Under the pieces are notes generated by a model. That model saw only the letters and a program-made list of their open reading frames with translations. It was not told the origin of the DNA and made no database searches. Both the position numbers and the translations under genes were made by a program. Shown piece after piece: positions 61,030 through 64,000 of a DNA stretch of 64,000 nucleotides. Numbering within the stretch: the first letter of the stretch is position 1; the number at the start of each line of letters is the position of its first letter. Source of the DNA: Camelus dromedarius (Eukaryota); contig NC_087447.1 of assembly GCF_036321535.1 (NCBI RefSeq), positions 46,316,001-46,380,000 of the forward strand. Reading direction: 5' to 3'.

Positions 61030-61448
61030 TATTGCTACGAGAGAGCTCTAACATAGAACCAGGAGGCCACTGAGGAAGAGTGATTTATGCATGTCTCAGC
61101 TGGGATAGAATCTGACCTGTAGACCTGATGAGGTCAGTCATCCAGAACATCTGCTAGTTACTCAAGATACTCATTGGACCTTTTGACAGCTGATCTATTT
61201 ATCAGAATCTACCCTAAAATATATACCTCACAGACAGGTATTTTCTGACTTGCATCAGGGTCCATCTCAATTCTTGTGAAGCAACTTTTAACTTCACGGC
61301 TTTTTGTCTTTCTAGGCCCCTCACTCTTTCTTTTCCAAGAGACAGTCGTTCAGAGTTACCTAAAACTGCCTCCCAAACTGCAAATTCTTAAGGGCCCAAA
61401 TAAACTCTTTTCTTATTTAGAGCCTCATGCATTGTTTTCTTGTTGACA
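61030..61448 (+). mobile_element. Probable ERV1 (MER34-like) solo LTR
   Basis: Ends ctgcaaattct..cccaaataaactc..ttgttgaca, the typical R/U5 terminus of this group. Confidence 0.55.
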
Positions 61449-61775
61449 GATGTTCTTAAAATCATAATCTTCAAGAAAATCCAGGAATTGATGCAAGCTT
61501 CTGCTTACTTTTTATGTCTTCAAGTACAGCTTTGAGCATTTCTATACAGAAATGTAATACACTTTAAATTATTTTTACTTTCACATGTGTCATAATTTTA
61601 AGTGAATGTTATAGACTTAGAAATTATAAACAGAATAACAAACAACAAGGATAGATAAACATATGACTTTATAACTTTGCAGAACAAAATCTATGAACAC
61701 GGACTATTTTTCATGCCTGTCTTATGGTCGGTGACTATTAATCGAAAATTTTCCAAAATCACCACACACTCTAGG

Positions 61776-62320
61776 CAGTGCTTCTTCAAGGGTGGTCCCC
61801 ACACCACTAGCTTCAGCATCAAGTAGGAACTTGAAAGAAATAAAATATGGACCCAGACCTACTGAGTTAGATCCTCTGGGGATGAAGCCCAAATCTGTGT
61901 CATGAAAAGCCCTCCAGATGATTCCTTTGGCCACCAAACTTTGAGAACAACTGCCATAAGGCAGACATTTCTGAAAGTCCCATCTTTACTTCTTACGTAC
62001 ACCACTGTACATTAGAAGTTCCTGAGGACTTGTTCAAAATCATTAGATTCAGGGAAAAGTTAAATCTGGGTCTCTGGTGGTGGGAACTAGATAGAAACAG
62101 TTCCTCAGATTAGCCAGGTGTCCCTAACATGCAACCAAATTTGAGTCTTGTACCTTAAGGAGTGTTACTCAAATCACCTGTATTCAATTAACCTGCAGCT
62201 CTTCCTGACATGCAGTTTCTGATTCATTAAACCAAAGTGAGATCCAAGATTGCACATTTCTAACAAGCTCCCAGATGACACCAGAGCAGCCAGGCTGAGA
62301 GCCACACCGTGAACACTAAA
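61776..62320. mobile_element. Cluster of MER5-type hAT elements
   Basis: cagtgcttcttcaagggtggtcccc..cccagacctactgagttaga..tttgagaacaactg (61776-61953), followed by two more MER5-like copies (atttctaacaagctcccagatga). Confidence 0.65.
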
Positions 62321-62499
62321 GCCCTAGAAATTACACAAAAGAGAGCCAACACCAGGACAATTCAGGTCCGAGGGTTACAGTGCTTCAAAATCAGGTATCT
62401 TAAAGGAACTATCTGCCGCTCCCTAACTCTGCATGCAGTACGCACCCAAGTCTCTGCTACTGCTCTGCCCCGTTCAGCTCTAGGTCTCAGCGCAGACAA

Positions 62500-63020
62500 A
62501 GGAATACAACTTGCGAAACACAAATCAGATCATGAGTGACCCTTGCTTAGACACTTCAGTGACTTCCCTTGTTTAAAGAAAAATGAAAACGGCTCTAATC
62601 TTACCTGTCAGAAGGACATCCTGGGGCTCTCTTAGTCCTCTTAGTCCTTCTAAGGTACCATTCTCTACCTAGCCTCAATGTCTTTGCACAGGCTGTGTCT
62701 CTCCCTTCAAAGTTCGGTCTCCACTTCACCCACAAACACCTTGTAAATGGTCTATTCAGCTGTCAGGTCACAGCTTAAATTCATTTCCATCAGGGAAGCC
62801 TATGCTCCCACCAAGTCTCAAACAACTTTTCCTTAGAAATCTCAAAGCACACATGGAAGTGCGTACATTTGTTTGATAAGCTGATTGCTCACTTTCTTCC
62901 TCGTTAGATTGAAAGCTCTGGAGGGTAGTTGTTCTAGGTGCTTTTGCCTGCAGAGTTACCTAGTATGCACCCCATGTCCAGCCCATAATAGTCATCTAAT
63001 AAATACTTGTTGAATTAATT
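62500..63020 (+). mobile_element. L2 3' portion
   Basis: tctttgcacaggctg..cagcttaaat..tcagggaagcct..tagattgaaagctct..aataaatacttgttgaat. Confidence 0.6.
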
Positions 63021-63379
63021 CGTTAAAAATGAGGTTGTTTTAATCCTAACTAGTTGAAACAGCACATAAGCCCTTCTTAACAATTACTTGGAATAAACTG
63101 TGATAAATCTCACTTACTTGACTGTCTCTATTTATAATGGGAAACGTGGCAGCAGGATGTGATCAAATGATGGCCTCTAATGTTCTGACACATTAGTGAC
63201 GCTGCCACTTTCCAAAATTCAAGTCTAGTTAGAGTCTGAGTCCACCAACCAAAATCCTAAGAGTCAAAATCAGCATAATTTACTTTCTAAGTTCAAAATC
63301 AGATCACAACTTTCTACTCCTTAATACTCTTAGCCAGCTACCTGTGAACAACAGGTTTTTTCTTCTCTCAAAAGTGCTT

Positions 63380-63580
63380 TGGTTCTTCAGGGTCTTTTCA
63401 GGTTTCATATGGATTTTGACAGGGATTGTATCGAATCTGTAAGTCTCTTTGAGTAGTATGGATATTTTAACAATATTAATTCTTCCTGTCCATGAACACA
63501 GATTGTCTTTCCACTTATTTGTGTTACTTTAACTTCTTTCATTTTTTGTTAGTTTTCAGTATGTAAGTCTTTACATATTA
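63380..63580 (-). mobile_element. L1 ORF2 fragment
   Basis: ggattttgacagggattgtatcgaatctgta..tattaattcttcctgtccatgaacac. Confidence 0.7.
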
Positions 63581-64000
63581 AGAAACATAATTATTTCTGA
63601 TATTTTTAAGTTCAGTTTATAAAACTTTTCATTCTATTTACAAGTCTAGTAAATAGAATAATATTAGCAATAATATTAGTAAATAATATTAGTAATCATT
63701 TTTAAGGGACTAATACAACCTATTTAATTAAATTTCCCTAAAAATTTTAAACCATATTTATAAAATTCCAAATTTTGATTTCCTTTTTTAAGTATATAAG
63801 TTGTTTTTCAATCTAAGACTGACTTACTGAGTTTGTAATAAATACTCACAATCTAATAAAATCAATTTAGAATTATGGTAAATGTGAGGTTCTGTTAAAA
63901 GTAAATTTACTGGGCTTTTATTATACATTTAAAGTTAAAATTTACAGCAGTTGCTTATGAATACATTTAAAAGCTGGAATCTGTTGGCCAATAGGAACAT

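Noticed and set aside
1..64000. CRISPR arrays, tRNA/rRNA genes, prokaryotic-type systems
   Set aside because: Mammalian DNA; I saw no regularly spaced repeats or recognisable structural RNA genes.

Overview
Eutherian genomic DNA, syntenic with the human 11p15.4 class I olfactory receptor cluster around TRIM21. The L1 3'-end types and the lack of Alu, B1, Bov-tA, CHR, PRE-1 or SINEC elements suggest a cetartiodactyl, possibly a camelid (inference). Gene order: OR52P2-like (+, 7451-8398, intact); OR51R1-like (-, 20702-21703, open frame but doubtful start codon); TRIM21/Ro52 (+, non-coding exon 1 with an ISRE, six coding exons 34966-40800, about 464 aa); OR52B3-like (-, 45970-46920, intact); OR52B4-like pseudogene (+, 56659-57603, one in-frame TGA). 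The rest is mostly L1, L2, MIR, LTR and hAT repeats. Most notable: (1) a ~1.7 kb non-L1, CpG-rich insertion with target-site duplications, apparently a retrocopy, about 0.6 kb upstream of the TRIM21 ISRE; (2) a GC-AG donor at TRIM21 intron 3; (3) a 1-nt frameshift that trims the TRIM21 C-terminus; (4) an apparent ATG->GTG start loss in OR51R1; (5) an OR52B4 pseudogene that keeps a promoter-like module; (6) a young CpG-rich solo LTR downstream of TRIM21. Repeat family names and OR orthology come from recognition and synteny, not from searches.
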